From Marsupella aquatica (lineage: Eukaryota; Plantae; Marchantiophyta), in assembly GCA_973895155.1 (NCBI GenBank), contig OZ316896.1, positions 18,464,754-18,528,753 on the forward strand: 64,000 nucleotides of DNA. Reading direction: 5' to 3'. Made by a program: the position numbers and the translations under genes. Positions within the stretch are counted from its first letter, which is position 1. Every line of letters begins with the position of its first letter. A model generated the notes under the pieces. The model was given only the letters and a program-made list of their open reading frames with translations, did not search any database and was not told where the DNA came from. This document shows positions 25,163 through 37,669 of this stretch, one piece after another.

Positions 25163-26150
25163 AAATCAGCCAAGATTGTGGGTCTTATTACTCTTGTAAC
25201 AACCTCTACTACAGCGAGCTTACAAGTACGGTAATTTTAGTCAGAACACTATTATTGTAGTTACTCCCCACTACAACTAATCAAGACGAAATGGTTTTTT
25301 GGATCAGTCGTCCGTACCATTCCATAATTATAATATAATGTCCAATTGCAGTGAGTGATTCTCGAGCCAACAGATTACAGTTGATAAGTGACATGGTTAT
25401 ACACGTGTAAAATGTGGATAACCACAGTACAACCTCTGACTCACAGTACAACCTCTGGATACTACAGTAAGTTCTGTACTGTGCTGCTGCCCTGGAATGT
25501 CCCGTATACTGTCTTGGCCTCGGCCCTGCACTCCTGCTCAGTTTGTCAGTTGAGTCTCCACTCTCCAGTCTGCGCGCGCTCCACTATAGGTGCACACCGC
25601 ACGGTTTGGAGATGATGAGTCATACACTCCACGGTAAGTTGAGAGTAATCTATGGGGTGGGGGGAGTTAGTGGGTGTAATCACCGGACCGGTGAACCTAA
25701 GGGGTTATTTGCAGGGTTTTTTGATTTGGCAAGTTTGACAAATGTCACCTTGTGTAAAGGAGAAATGTGATCCAATTTCACTAGATTCTGGCTAATGGAG
25801 TATGTGACACGAGAAATTGGGTATTAGAAGAGACAACACCCTACAAAATTGCCACTACAAAATGCTGGTCATGGCCCATAACCCCTGAATAACCCTACCC
25901 TTGAACTTGAACAACCCTTGGGTTACCCAGCCTAAACTTCCAATTGACAAGGCCATGTGGCCACAAAGCCCCTGGAAATGAATGATTAATCTCAAGTTTT
26001 GAAGGGCAATAATGCATATGTAGGATTAATACTCTTACAGATCCAAATCTTATTTTACTTTACTATTTTTGTAGTAAATGAGAAGTTCATACCTTCCTAA
26101 ATCCAAATCTCGATTATGCATGTCTCAATAAACTTGTTTGCGTTCTTTTG

Positions 26151-26212
26151 TAAAATAAATAAAAATAAAATAAATAAATAAATAAAATAAAATAAATAAA
26201 ATAAAATAAAAA
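26151..26212. repeat. (AAAT/AAAAT)n microsatellite
   Basis: Direct reading. Confidence 0.9.
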
Positions 26213-29200
26213 TTCAGAATAGAAGAATCAAGACGAACATTATGTGTAGTATTACGCCAACAATAAAAGAGATTTAAACATTGATTCTTGCTGCCACACT
26301 GGTAAGAGGCCCATGATCTTCAATTAAAATACAAACAAAAATGAACAAAATATGCCAACTGGCATCTCTCAAATTTACCATTTTGATCAAAGAAAAGGAT
26401 AGAAATGCATTCGGCCTATCTACACTATTTACCACACTGTGTTGTTTGTGCCTTGGTAAGTCCGATCTGCTTCTCCAGATAGGACATCAAACTCTAATAA
26501 GTATTACTTGAGCTCTATGATGATAGTGTCCGGCAACAACCGGTCAAATCGTGATGACTGACAAAGTGACAAGAGAGTAATCCATTCAACGCCTTGGCAA
26601 GAGTCAGAAAAGGCCAGAAACTTAATACTGTCCCTCTGCGAATATTTTGTGACGAGTAATCACAAATTGATGATGATCGTATCCCGACCGTTGAAGCTCC
26701 ATGTTAAGTTGCGGACTCGGACCAAGGTTGTCGTGCCTTGAAGGGCCCAACCGCCTTACCGCCCCAAGGACTACGTCTAGGGGTCCCCCCGCCTGAGACG
26801 CTGCCTCACGAACTTCATGGAGCGCTCTTCATGCTTCCGATGTACTGCTGCATAATCAGTCCTGTACAATACTTGTGGCCAAGTGGCAAATGCGTTTGGG
26901 CCTTTGGGGAATTGACGGCCCAACGACAACGGGACGCGCCTCACTGAGGCCATCCAACTGCGGTAGGTGTGAAGGGTTGGCGCCCTGTACTGTGGCTGTA
27001 CCGGACGGATGACGATCAGGAGTTCAGGACAAACTGTGATTGTGGTAGTTTGAAAACGCCAGAGTGATTTTCGTGTTAAAATTACGGCCCCATGGACGAA
27101 CCTGCCAACCATGCACCCCCCATTGGGTATGACACTTTACATTTTCACTTACTGTCACCCTCTCCACCCTCGTGGTTTCCAAAACATTTTCGAGAGCAGA
27201 CATAGACCAAAAATATCTTTCTTATCTTTCTTTTTGCCTTAGTTAAATGTTTTCAACGAATCAATTAACTTTCCTCTAAGAATTGAAAGAGTTGTAGATT
27301 AAAGAGGTACAGCATTTTGGCAAATGTGGACGTCCATTGCGACCTCATTTTCTTTCTTTTATTGTCGTACTAAGGTAGATTTTAATATTACCCCAAAATT
27401 TGCACAGCTATGTGAGAAGCTATCACGCTGATGCACCTAACGAGGATCCTTCTACCTCACTAGAATGAATGCATGCGCACGTGTCGATAGGGAGGCTGAG
27501 GTTGCCAAGACATGTGCCCATTAGGCAGACAAGTCTGTTGTCCACCATTTAAAAGTAAAGTTTAATCTATAATTACAGTCCTTGTGAGGCGGACTACAGT
27601 TTAGATTAATTAAAGTAACGGACAGTAAAATTCATGCGGGGCAATGTGTGTCGCACTAGTTACGACATTGACAAATGGGATTCTCCACGTGGCGACTTAT
27701 TTGCGGGCTGGTTTCATACTTGTACTTATTTCCGGCGCGTTGCACTTCCGCCGAAGCAGCCCCACCAGACTACTTCCGTCCGTCCGTCCGTCACCGTACA
27801 GAATTGGCGAGATTTCTGATTGTCAAAAGTTAGCCCATCGCCATTTTGGCCCCTCTAGATGAGTTTCCGTCCGTCCATCCATTACAGGACGAACTAGGGC
27901 AAGTGCTATGTATTACAGTGTGGGCCTCAGTCAAGTTGGCACGCATTACTGCTTACTCCCCTTAGTGTAAGTGTAAGAAGTGTAAAACATTTGATATGGC
28001 ACTTGCGCAGTAGGTGTTGGGTGACTCCCAGAAGGTTTATCTAGATTCAGTTTTTTAATATTAAAAATAATCTTTGGACCACCTGGACGGTGAAGACCCT
28101 CACAGCTTGTCTAGGAGGTTCACAATACATGGAGTAAAATGTTCAAGTAAAGGCTATCAAATATACCAAACAGAAAATCCAAAGGAGGACCTCAAGCAGG
28201 TCATCGTGGCTATCCCAATTCAACTGATAACCACTAAAACATGTTGGCCTCCCCAAAAATTCCATTTGAATTGCCACAGCATCACACAGTGGTCCTTTAC
28301 TTTGGTTGGTGAGGAATTGTGTGACTTACATTCCCAAATTCATGAGGTTCACAAGAAACTGAGATAGTCACTGCCAATGACACTTGTCCATCGACTGTAG
28401 AGCCTCGCTTTGCTCAAGAATTGAAGTCCGCCCCCCTACTGAGTACCAACTGGCCCTTCACGCCCTTCAGCAGCCGTTGTTGCCACCCGCCTCAATATTG
28501 ACCAGTATAATTATTGCAGTTTATCCATCCATCCATCTCCAAGGACTTTCTGTCAGCTCGTCGGAGCCACTCCATTCGTACAACACTGTGGCCCCTACTT
28601 TGACCTTGACCCACCGGCGTGTCAAAGCTAATTTGTGGGCTTGACACGACGGTGGGTCAGGTCAGGTTGGGCACAGCCCGTCCTCATGCCCGCAGGATTC
28701 CTTATGGCAAACTCTGTCCATTCCCAGCGACGTAAGGCATGCCAAAAAATGAACAAAATTGAATCCGGACGACTTGCTGCCCCTCATCTAGAGTCCTGTC
28801 AAATTACGAGGTTTCTAGTGCATCTATTTTACGGCTAGAGTGAACCCATCACTAACAACGAGCAAGATCACTGACCAGGCACCGCAAGACAGGAATCCTG
28901 GACAACTTAATTCAAGAACCTCAAGGACTTTGAGCACTTGAAGCAACTGTTTGAAGGAGTCTCTAAGTTGCGCAATTTGTGGGACTCTGAGTGAGTCAAA
29001 ACAGGATCAAAGTGTCTGACCTTCAAAACATAGCTGCACGGTCCAGGCACACGAAATTGCGATGTTTGCAAAGTTGACGATAATAAGGCTTATGCAAAAC
29101 GCAGAGAGATCAGTCCAACTGCAGAGTGCCAGCCTTCAGCTTCTGCCAACGATTTTCCAAAACGGAGCCAACGCATAGTGCCAGATTCAACTGATATCAA

Positions 29201-31091
29201 AAACTTCCCACCTGCGAACCTGCACACTGACAGAGCTTTGGTGCAATTTCCTGCAGTGGCATGAGGAATGCCGTGTGTTGTTATGGACGACGCCAATATC
29301 CAGTGCCACAAATTGCGCCACTTGAAGAGTGTTTAGGACGGGCGAGAATCGCCAACGACAGGAAACGTAAAGGCCCCATCGGGTACTGTCCCTGATGGCA
29401 CGACCTGTGGGCTCCACCGACGGGAAGCCCATCGATACCTAACGGATACAGTTTTGACATGCCGATTTGAGCCAACTATTCCGCGCTGGAATGTGGCCAT
29501 TAAAAGTACACCACTAAAAATACGCTGCTCTGGTTGAAAAAAAACCCAAAGCCTTGACTGTCTCAGTTTATTTTTCACTAAAATAATGTTCGAAACTAAT
29601 GAACTCTAGTCGAGCCAAGTAATTTTCTTGGTTTGGAGTTCGGACTGTGAACGGTCCACCCGTTGCGACCGCAGACAGGGTTGTACCTAGAGAGTGTCCC
29701 CGCCCGACTTCGTTATCTCCACCACCACCACAACCTGCGTCTGTCCCTCAGCGGTAAGATACTCTTCGCAGTTGGCGGTCGTACCCTACCGCCAAACTTC
29801 CGCGCTGTTTTTCCGTAACGGTCGGTGGACGGACAGGCAGACGGATGGACGGAGACCCAATAGGAATAAGTATCCGCGGTTTTTTCTGCGAGAGCGAACG
29901 CGGTTGACGGTCCGACCGCGGAAAAAGGAGTTGCGTCCGTAGTCAGTGGTAGGCGATCAATCTTGGAATCGGAGTGGCTTTTGGCCGGAGGACTACAGTA
30001 GTAGTAGTACTACTCTTGGCGACTGCACTGACTACGGTCCACTACTACTGGAGCACTGTGTTGTAACAGGGGGCACGGTTTATTCGCTACCGCTGTCCTA
30101 TTTGGCTCTATTTGGCTATTTGTGTAGTGCCCTCAGATCTCCGGGAAGGGTCAACAGCATTTCTATTTTCTTCTGTTGCTCCGAACTCCGTGATACTACT
30201 AATAAATTATTTTGGGGGTACCTGGCTTGGTTTTTATATATATCACATTGAATTCCGTGAGACTGTATCACTGTATATAATCCTGGTGTGCCAGATTTTG
30301 ATTTTCATATGTATCACATTGTTATAAATAAAACTCATAACTTGGCGACAAGATCTCAGATGCAAACGACCCAAAAAGGGGGTGCCTCACAAGAAAACCC
30401 CAGAAAAATGAGGGGTCCACCTTTTTCCCTTTTCCGTCAAGGCGAAGAAGAGGATGCCAATAATATTGGATATCCAATTTTTCTAGATTGATTTATATTA
30501 ATTTCTGACTGTTCAGATCTCCTTAGATTCAAGGATGACCGTCGGATTCTGGCCGATGGTGTCTGTTGAAAAACTCGCTAACGGAAGACAAAAAGACGGG
30601 CGAGTTTTCACAAAAGTGACGACGACTTTTCGTGGGGGCGAGTTTTCGCCCAAAGCTGTAAAGTATTTTGTACTGTGTAGCTCTGTTTTCCCGATGAGCT
30701 CCTCGTGTCGTCCGCCGGGAGCCCGCTCGCTTCCAAGCGATCGCCTCGACGCTGAAGCCCCTTAAAATCCAGCCTCCGGGAGCTCAGTCCTTTTCTTTCT
30801 CACGAGTGTGCTCGAGAAGGAGGTTGTTGTGTCGAGAGCCAGCTAAGAGGCGAAGAGACAGAGGTGCATGCTGCTACCCACGTTGGGAAGAAGGTACTCG
30901 GAGTAAGTAGCGAGAGAGATCGTTGAGCGAGCGGATTCGTGAGAAGCATGTAGCCAAAAGGTCGACTCTGGCCCTTTTGTGGGCAGTGGAGATCTCGGCG
31001 GAGAGAGTGTGTAGAGTTCAACTGGCCGATTTGACACCTCTGTGCTTGAAGAAGGGAGATTAGAGGGTCGCCTGTGAGATACATACGAGGT

Positions 31092-34000
31092 ATGGGGAGC
31101 GGACGAGATATGGGGGCTAGGCCACCCCAATTTAGGCGTGTGAAACGGATCAATGTCCGGTTCAGAGTGCCCTACTACACTCAGTGGGGGCAAAATCTGA
31201 TGTTGTCCGGGTCCGATCCCTTGCTTGGGAACTGGACATTGAGCCAGAGCCAGTGGATGTCTCCTCACCATGAGAGTGACTCTCTCGTATGGCAAGCGCA
31301 GATCTCAGTGCCTGACCACTTCGAGACTCATTACAGGTACTGTTTGGTTGATGATCAGAAGAATCTGCTCAAATGGGAGTCTGGAGGAAGGCGATTTCTA
31401 GCTCTCCCTGAAGGCTTGCCCGATGGATCCACTGTGGATGTTCTCGACCTCTGGCAGGTGAGCTTATTTTGAACCCCTTTCTATTTCTTTCAAGCTTTTG
31501 GAACTCGGGCACCGGAATGGACATTCAGATTTAGGATTGCTCACTTCAACCACCGCTCGTCCCGTAAGTTTCCCATTGTGTATCATTTTGTTCAACTATT
31601 GAACTTCATTGGTGGATCCCCCTCCCAACCCTCTAGGATTGCTAATCACTGAAACCAAGATACTTTGCCTACTAGTGGATGTTCATCAGGTTTGCTCTAT
31701 TTCATTATCCGTTATTCATTTCGTTCAGTACATAGAAACTGGAGTTTGTCGGTCGATACACCTCCTAGCTCACTTCTGAGATTGCCTGTCATGGAATTTA
31801 GTCGCACTGCCAACTCCCGAAATATCGAGGATATTTTGCACTCGATCAGCTTGATATGGGCATTACGGTACAACGCCATCTCGTCCTGTTCGAGATCTTT
31901 CGCGTCGGTGCTACGATGTTTCCAACATTGTTCGGAAATTCGTAAGTGCTGTCCAACTGATTTTCAGAGCTTCCGAGGCATGCTACCAGGGAAGAGATAT
32001 GCTCGGGCATGACAGTGTCTTACATGCTTGCATGAGTCCACCACCGATGCTGCTGTTACAAACAGTGAAAGAACTCTCTCCTGTGACTGATAAAAATCGC
32101 AACTATGAAAGGTCCAGTAGCGCAAGGTTCGTATGATCCAAACTTTTACATTGGTGGACCAACGATGTCCTGTGGCAAAAAATTCTCAACTCAAAACACC
32201 AGAAGTGCCAAGTTCCTAGTCTAAATTCTGTAAGTTAGATCCGACCTACTATGGGCAAAAAGTCAGTCGAATGAGTGTAGATTAGCCCAGGCAGGACTTC
32301 GTGGATCTGGATCTAATGTACAGAGTGCAGTGAAGTGAAAACGGTTCTGCGATGAAAGAACCAGTAGCCCACAAATCCCTCAGTCCATAAACAAACTAGT
32401 AATTGGTGTTCAATTTGACATGCCATTTTTTACCCATGTTTGGGAGCTCCTTAATTACAATGAACCCGAAGCTATTGGTCTTTTCCAGGATGGTTCCTCA
32501 CCCGACATACTTCTTACGAGAAACGCTTTTCGGAGAGTCATTTTTGGAAAAGGTGGTGATAGCGAAGGAAAGGGGTTGTCGGTGACGGACAATTCCTCCC
32601 CTTTCTCTTCGGAATTGTTTGATGAACAAGGTACGTGAGTAACGATAAATCGCAATTTGTCCAAGCCCATGGAGTCTGTCCTTCTCGGTCGATCACAGGA
32701 GATCTCAGAACATTATCTGCAACAGAAGAGGTTTTGGCAATGGAGTTCAATTCGTCGTTGAGGTTTTGGGCATTTAGTTAATTCGTCATTGGGGGGCTGA
32801 GCTAATTCTTGAAGGCTAGCTATGTGATGCGTTTTTGTTATCTGCTTGAACAGAAGATGTAGTGCTGCGGTTCAAGATCAACTGTTCACGGTTAGAGAGT
32901 GGCCAGTCGGTGTTTGTGTCCGGAAGTGCGACTGGACTTGGCAAGTGGGATAACGCAGCTGCTGTTCAACTCCACCCCCTGGGAAGCTCGAGCTGGCAGG
33001 CTGATGTTCCAATTAAAAAATCCGAGTTTTCTCTCAGATACAAATACATTCTGAAAAACAGAGCTGGAGATGTAGTACCAGAGCTTGGCGCTGACAGAGA
33101 ATTGAGCCTCGATGCCTCCGCCACAAATCCTTCTGCATTGATCATCGCTTCTGACGGATATTTTCGGGTATGCTATCATCTGTGCCCTCCCTCTTCTTTC
33201 ATTGTTTTGGGGGTAGGCTTCAATACGATGGAAATCAAATGCAATTATAAGCTGCTAAATTCTTTCCATAGGTCAGCTTTGCTTTAAGCGAAAGATTATT
33301 GATATACGGTATTGACGTGTACCTCGGGAACAGGCGAGCCCTTGGAGAGGAGCAGGTATTGCCGGGCCAGTCTTTGCGTTACGAACCACGGAAGATGTTG
33401 GTTCAGGGGAGTTTCTGGACTTGAAAATGTTAGTTGATCTCGCTGTGAAGACGGGATTAAGGTTGGTGCAGCTACTGCCAATCAATGATACATCTGTCAA
33501 TATGATGTGGTGGGATTCTTACCCGTACAGGTATGCCGAATCTCCGAGGCCAACCCACCCCTTTCGAATTCTGGATTTTGAAGCATGATTGCTCATTTAA
33601 TATGAAAGTAGTAAAGCAGTCTCGGCTTGGTCATATCTGACCGTCACGTGTTACGATTGTCAAATGCAGTTCGCTGTCCGTGCTTGCTTTGCATCCGCTG
33701 TACCTTAGACTCCAAGCTCTTTCAAAGAAGCTTCCGGAGTATATCAAGGTACTTGCCTTCTCTTTCGATTGACTGTTGCAGGCTCTTATACTGTTTATTG
33801 CTACAATTGGATAATATTTTGCTGTCACAGTGATGATTGTTATTTTTAAAAGTTTCAAAAGCTTATACAGAATTTATGTAGGGTTAGTTTGTAGCGCTTT
33901 GCAGTTGGGGTGGCTCGCAATGGTAAGGCAGGCTGCTCTTTAGCATTCTTCCGTTTGAGAGAAATTCAGTCTGTACTCATTGGACACTAAAATTTGCAGG

Positions 34001-37000
34001 AGGAGATCAGCAAAGCACGAAAACAACTTGACCTGAAGGAGGTCGATTATGAGGCAACTTTAGCCGCTAAGCTATCAATTTCGAAGAAAGTCTTTAGACT
34101 AGAGAAAGAGGAGGTTTTTAAGTCTGCTGCGTTCCAGGAGTACTTCGAGGAGAATCACGTAAGTCCTCATTGCGAACCGGAATTAATTTCCTTGCGTGTA
34201 TTTACTCTCAGAGGTTGCAGTTTCTCGTCCGATTTCCTTAATGAGATGGCATGTGTTGCGTACTTGCAGGGGTGGCTTGAAGCATATGCAGCGTTTTGTT
34301 TCTTAAGAGATCTGTTTGGTACTTCTGATCATTCGCAATGGGGTCGTTATGCAGTGTTCACTCCTGCTAAGGTATATATTGTGATTGCTTGTGTGTTGCC
34401 ATTCTTTATTCTGGACCAATAAACGGAATCTTCCGCTTGGTAAGAATTTTCTTAGACGTGCAATTGAGTTTTCATAAATTCCGGTGCAAGATGAATGAAT
34501 ACCCCTCTATTCTGCTCCTTATTTGGGTAGTCTACTTTTTCTGACTGTCTTCATACTGTTGTGTGCAGCTGGAACGATTAGTTTCACCCAATGCTGATCA
34601 CTATGATTCTATCGCTTTTGTCTACTACCTCCAATTTCACCTTCACTCGCAGGTATTGAGCTTTGAATTTGCTAAGGTAGAATTGCTCGGAACATGACCA
34701 TGTTTTGGGATTTCGATTGGAGGAGGGCTTTGATCATGTACTGTTTAATGAACTTCTACTCCAGAATCTGCTTTCGCTGATTATTGGCTGGGGATCTTCC
34801 AGATGATGGAGGTTTCGGATTATGCTCGTAGCAACAGGGTCGTGCTGAAGGGTGATCTCCCTATTGGCGTTGATAGAAATAGCGTTGATACATGGGTAGC
34901 TCCCACTCTCTTTCGTATGACGGCGTCAACTGGGGCTCCCCCAGACTACTTCGACAAAAATGGGCAAAACTGGGGATTCCCCACCTACAATTGGGAGGAA
35001 ATGTCCAAAGACAATTATGCTTGGTGGAGAGCCAGACTCACTCAGGTCTGTGCAAATCACAATCCATTGATTTAATTTTTGTACGAAGGTTTAATCAATT
35101 CACGATTCTGGAATTTAGCTCGATGCCATTATTTAATCAAATTGGTTGTCATGTCCAGATGGCCAAATACTTCAGCGCTTACCGCATAGACCATATTCTC
35201 GGTTTCTTCAGAATATGGGAATTGCCAGATCATGCCGTCACAGGTCTGATGGGCCGATTCCGGCCCTCTATCCCTCTGAGCACGGAGGAGCTCGAGAGAG
35301 AGGGTGTCTGGGACTTTAATCGGTTAAGTCAGCCCTATGTCCGCTGCCATTTGCTGCAGGTGAATAGATTTTAGTGCATTCCAGATCGTTTCTTTTGTGT
35401 CTGAAGTGCTGCGTAATCCATTCATACTGTGAAGAATGTCAGTAGCATTGGTGTCTGATTTGCTTCGTTGTTGTCGCAGGAGAAATTTGGCAACAGATGG
35501 GTAGACATTGCAAACAAGTATTTCAAAGAATACGAGCATCTCTGTTATGAGGTATCCTCTCACCACTCCTCTTTGCTCATCTGGTCTACTTGAATGCTTG
35601 AACTGTTGCAGGTTTACTTGGGACATTTCGCGAGTTTCAGTTTCACTTAGACCATCGGAATTTTCCGGTAACGAGTTTTCAATTAAGCGATCTACATGAC
35701 GGTGCTGTGCAGTTTAAAGAAGAGTTCAATACCGAAAAGAAAATCCTGGCAGCCGTTCAGCCAAGGGACGATGCACCAGAGTGGCTACTTAAGGAAGCTG
35801 ATGAAACCAAGAATGGTCTCTTTGAGTTCTTACATGTAAGGGAACATTTCTTCAACTAGCATTTGCGGATGGAATTCCTGGTTAGGCCATTTTCAGCGAC
35901 TTCGAGTGTAGCGAGTGAAATTTGTGGGTGGTAATCTTCGCCTGGATTGTGGAATGTACATGGAGTTGCTGGTAAATAAGGTTTCAGCTGCAGGAATGTT
36001 AGTTCAGCTCACATTTTGTGGCACGTGCAGGAAATTGTGCTTATGAAAGATACTGAAACCCCAGGCATGTTCTATCCACGATTTGGCATGGAGGATACCG
36101 CTAGTTTCAATGAGCTAGATGAAAGCACGTAAGTTTTGTGCGCCCACTTCTCCCTCTATATACAATGAACGCATTGTTTCCTCTTGAGTAATTTTTCAAC
36201 CTGCATTCGAATGAAATTGACCTCACTGTATACTTTCTTGGCTGCAGCAAGACCACACTACGTAACAAGTACTACGACTACTTCTACCACAGACAGGAAA
36301 CAATGTGGCGCGAGAATGCCCTCAAGACTCTGCCCGTTTTGATGAACTCCTCAGATATGCTTGCGTGTGGCGAGGACCTCGGCATGGTTCCTGCTTGCGT
36401 TGCGCCTGTTCTGAACGAGTTGGGACTTCTGGGTCTGCGCATTCAACGAATGCCAAGTGCACCTGGTCAAGAGTTCGGTATTCCCGCCGATTACGAGTAT
36501 ATGACGGTCAGTTACATCTGTTGAATGCCATTTGATGTGATGCGGAAGTGATTTTGAGACGTAGCAAAATTCTCCTTCTGGTTTTTGTGTAGACGAGAAC
36601 TGTGTAACAATGCACAGTGCTTCTTCGCTAGTTGCATTCCATATGATCTCGTGCCGTGTATCTGGAGATGGCTTTTTTACATGACGTCTTTCCTGAATCA
36701 ATACAGGTCTGCGCGCCATCCTGCCATGATTGCTCGACAATGCGCGCCTGGTGGGAGGAAGATGAGGGTAGACGGTCTCGCTACTTTAGGAATGTTCTGG
36801 GATTTAGCGAACCTCCGCCAGCCAAGTGTGACCCTCGAGTCTCGTACGCCATTCTACAGCAACATCTTGATTCTCCCGCCGTGTGGGCGATTTTTCCAAT
36901 CCAGGTGAGGGGCGTTTTCTTTGGCCGTAATACTTTAGTCAGTGTTTCTCAGGAATGTATGTGAGACTATCGTATATTTGCCGCCAATTCTTTGGAAACC

Positions 37001-37669
37001 AAACTGCATTTGGTGGACGAATGTGGTTTCAAAGACACATAGCAGGCGTTTTTATGTAATGATGCGTGCGTGCTCTCGGTCATTGCAGGATTTCTTAACT
37101 TTACGAGAGGAGTACACGTCTAGACCTGCGAAGGAGGAGACAATAAATGACCCAACGAATCCGAAACATTACTGGAGATTCAGTAAGTGCTTTCAACCAT
37201 GTGCACATAGGTCAAAACCCGAAACTCTGGGATCGCGTTTGAATTTGGTTCTCGCTGCGAAATATTAACTCAGTGTCCTGTTTGAAAGTATCCCGTGCTG
37301 CTTCGATCGATCTGGTTGTCATCTTTCCCCTCTGGTAACCCACCTCAATCATGTCTGTGCTTCTGAAAGAGACTCATCCACTCCATGGCTGAATGCGCAG
37401 GATTACACGTAACTCTGGAGAAGATACTGAACGATTATGACTTGGTTGCCACTATGAGAGAGATGACTATCAGTAGTGGGCGTGCAACCCTCTCTGAATT
37501 GCCTGAGTTGTCACTGGAAGAATCGCATGTGGACGGAGTGAATGACAAGCAGAGCACTAGAAGTCCGTTGTCGCACACGGACAAATGCCATGACCCAGAG
37601 AATTTTGTCAACGGCAACGGTGAACGCAGTGACAAATTCATCAAGGGGAATCATCTCATCACAGCATAA
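31092..37669 (+). CDS. DPE2: 4-alpha-glucanotransferase DPE2 (two CBM20 plus GH77); 17 exons: 31092-31457, 32489-32630, 32854-33167, 33334-33530, 33670-33748, 34000-34158, 34270-34371, 34569-34652, 34803-35045, 35159-35359, 35480-35551, 35713-35835, 36031-36128, 36248-36506, 36707-36904, 37089-37182, 37401-37669
   Basis: FRVPYYTQWGQNL (CBM20), VQLLPINDTSV.MMWWDSYPY, LKGDLPIGVDRNSVDTW, GAPPDYFDKNGQNWGFPTYNW, YRIDHILGFFRIWE, ACGEDLG, ETINDPTNPKHYWR; all introns GT-AG. Confidence 0.97.
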
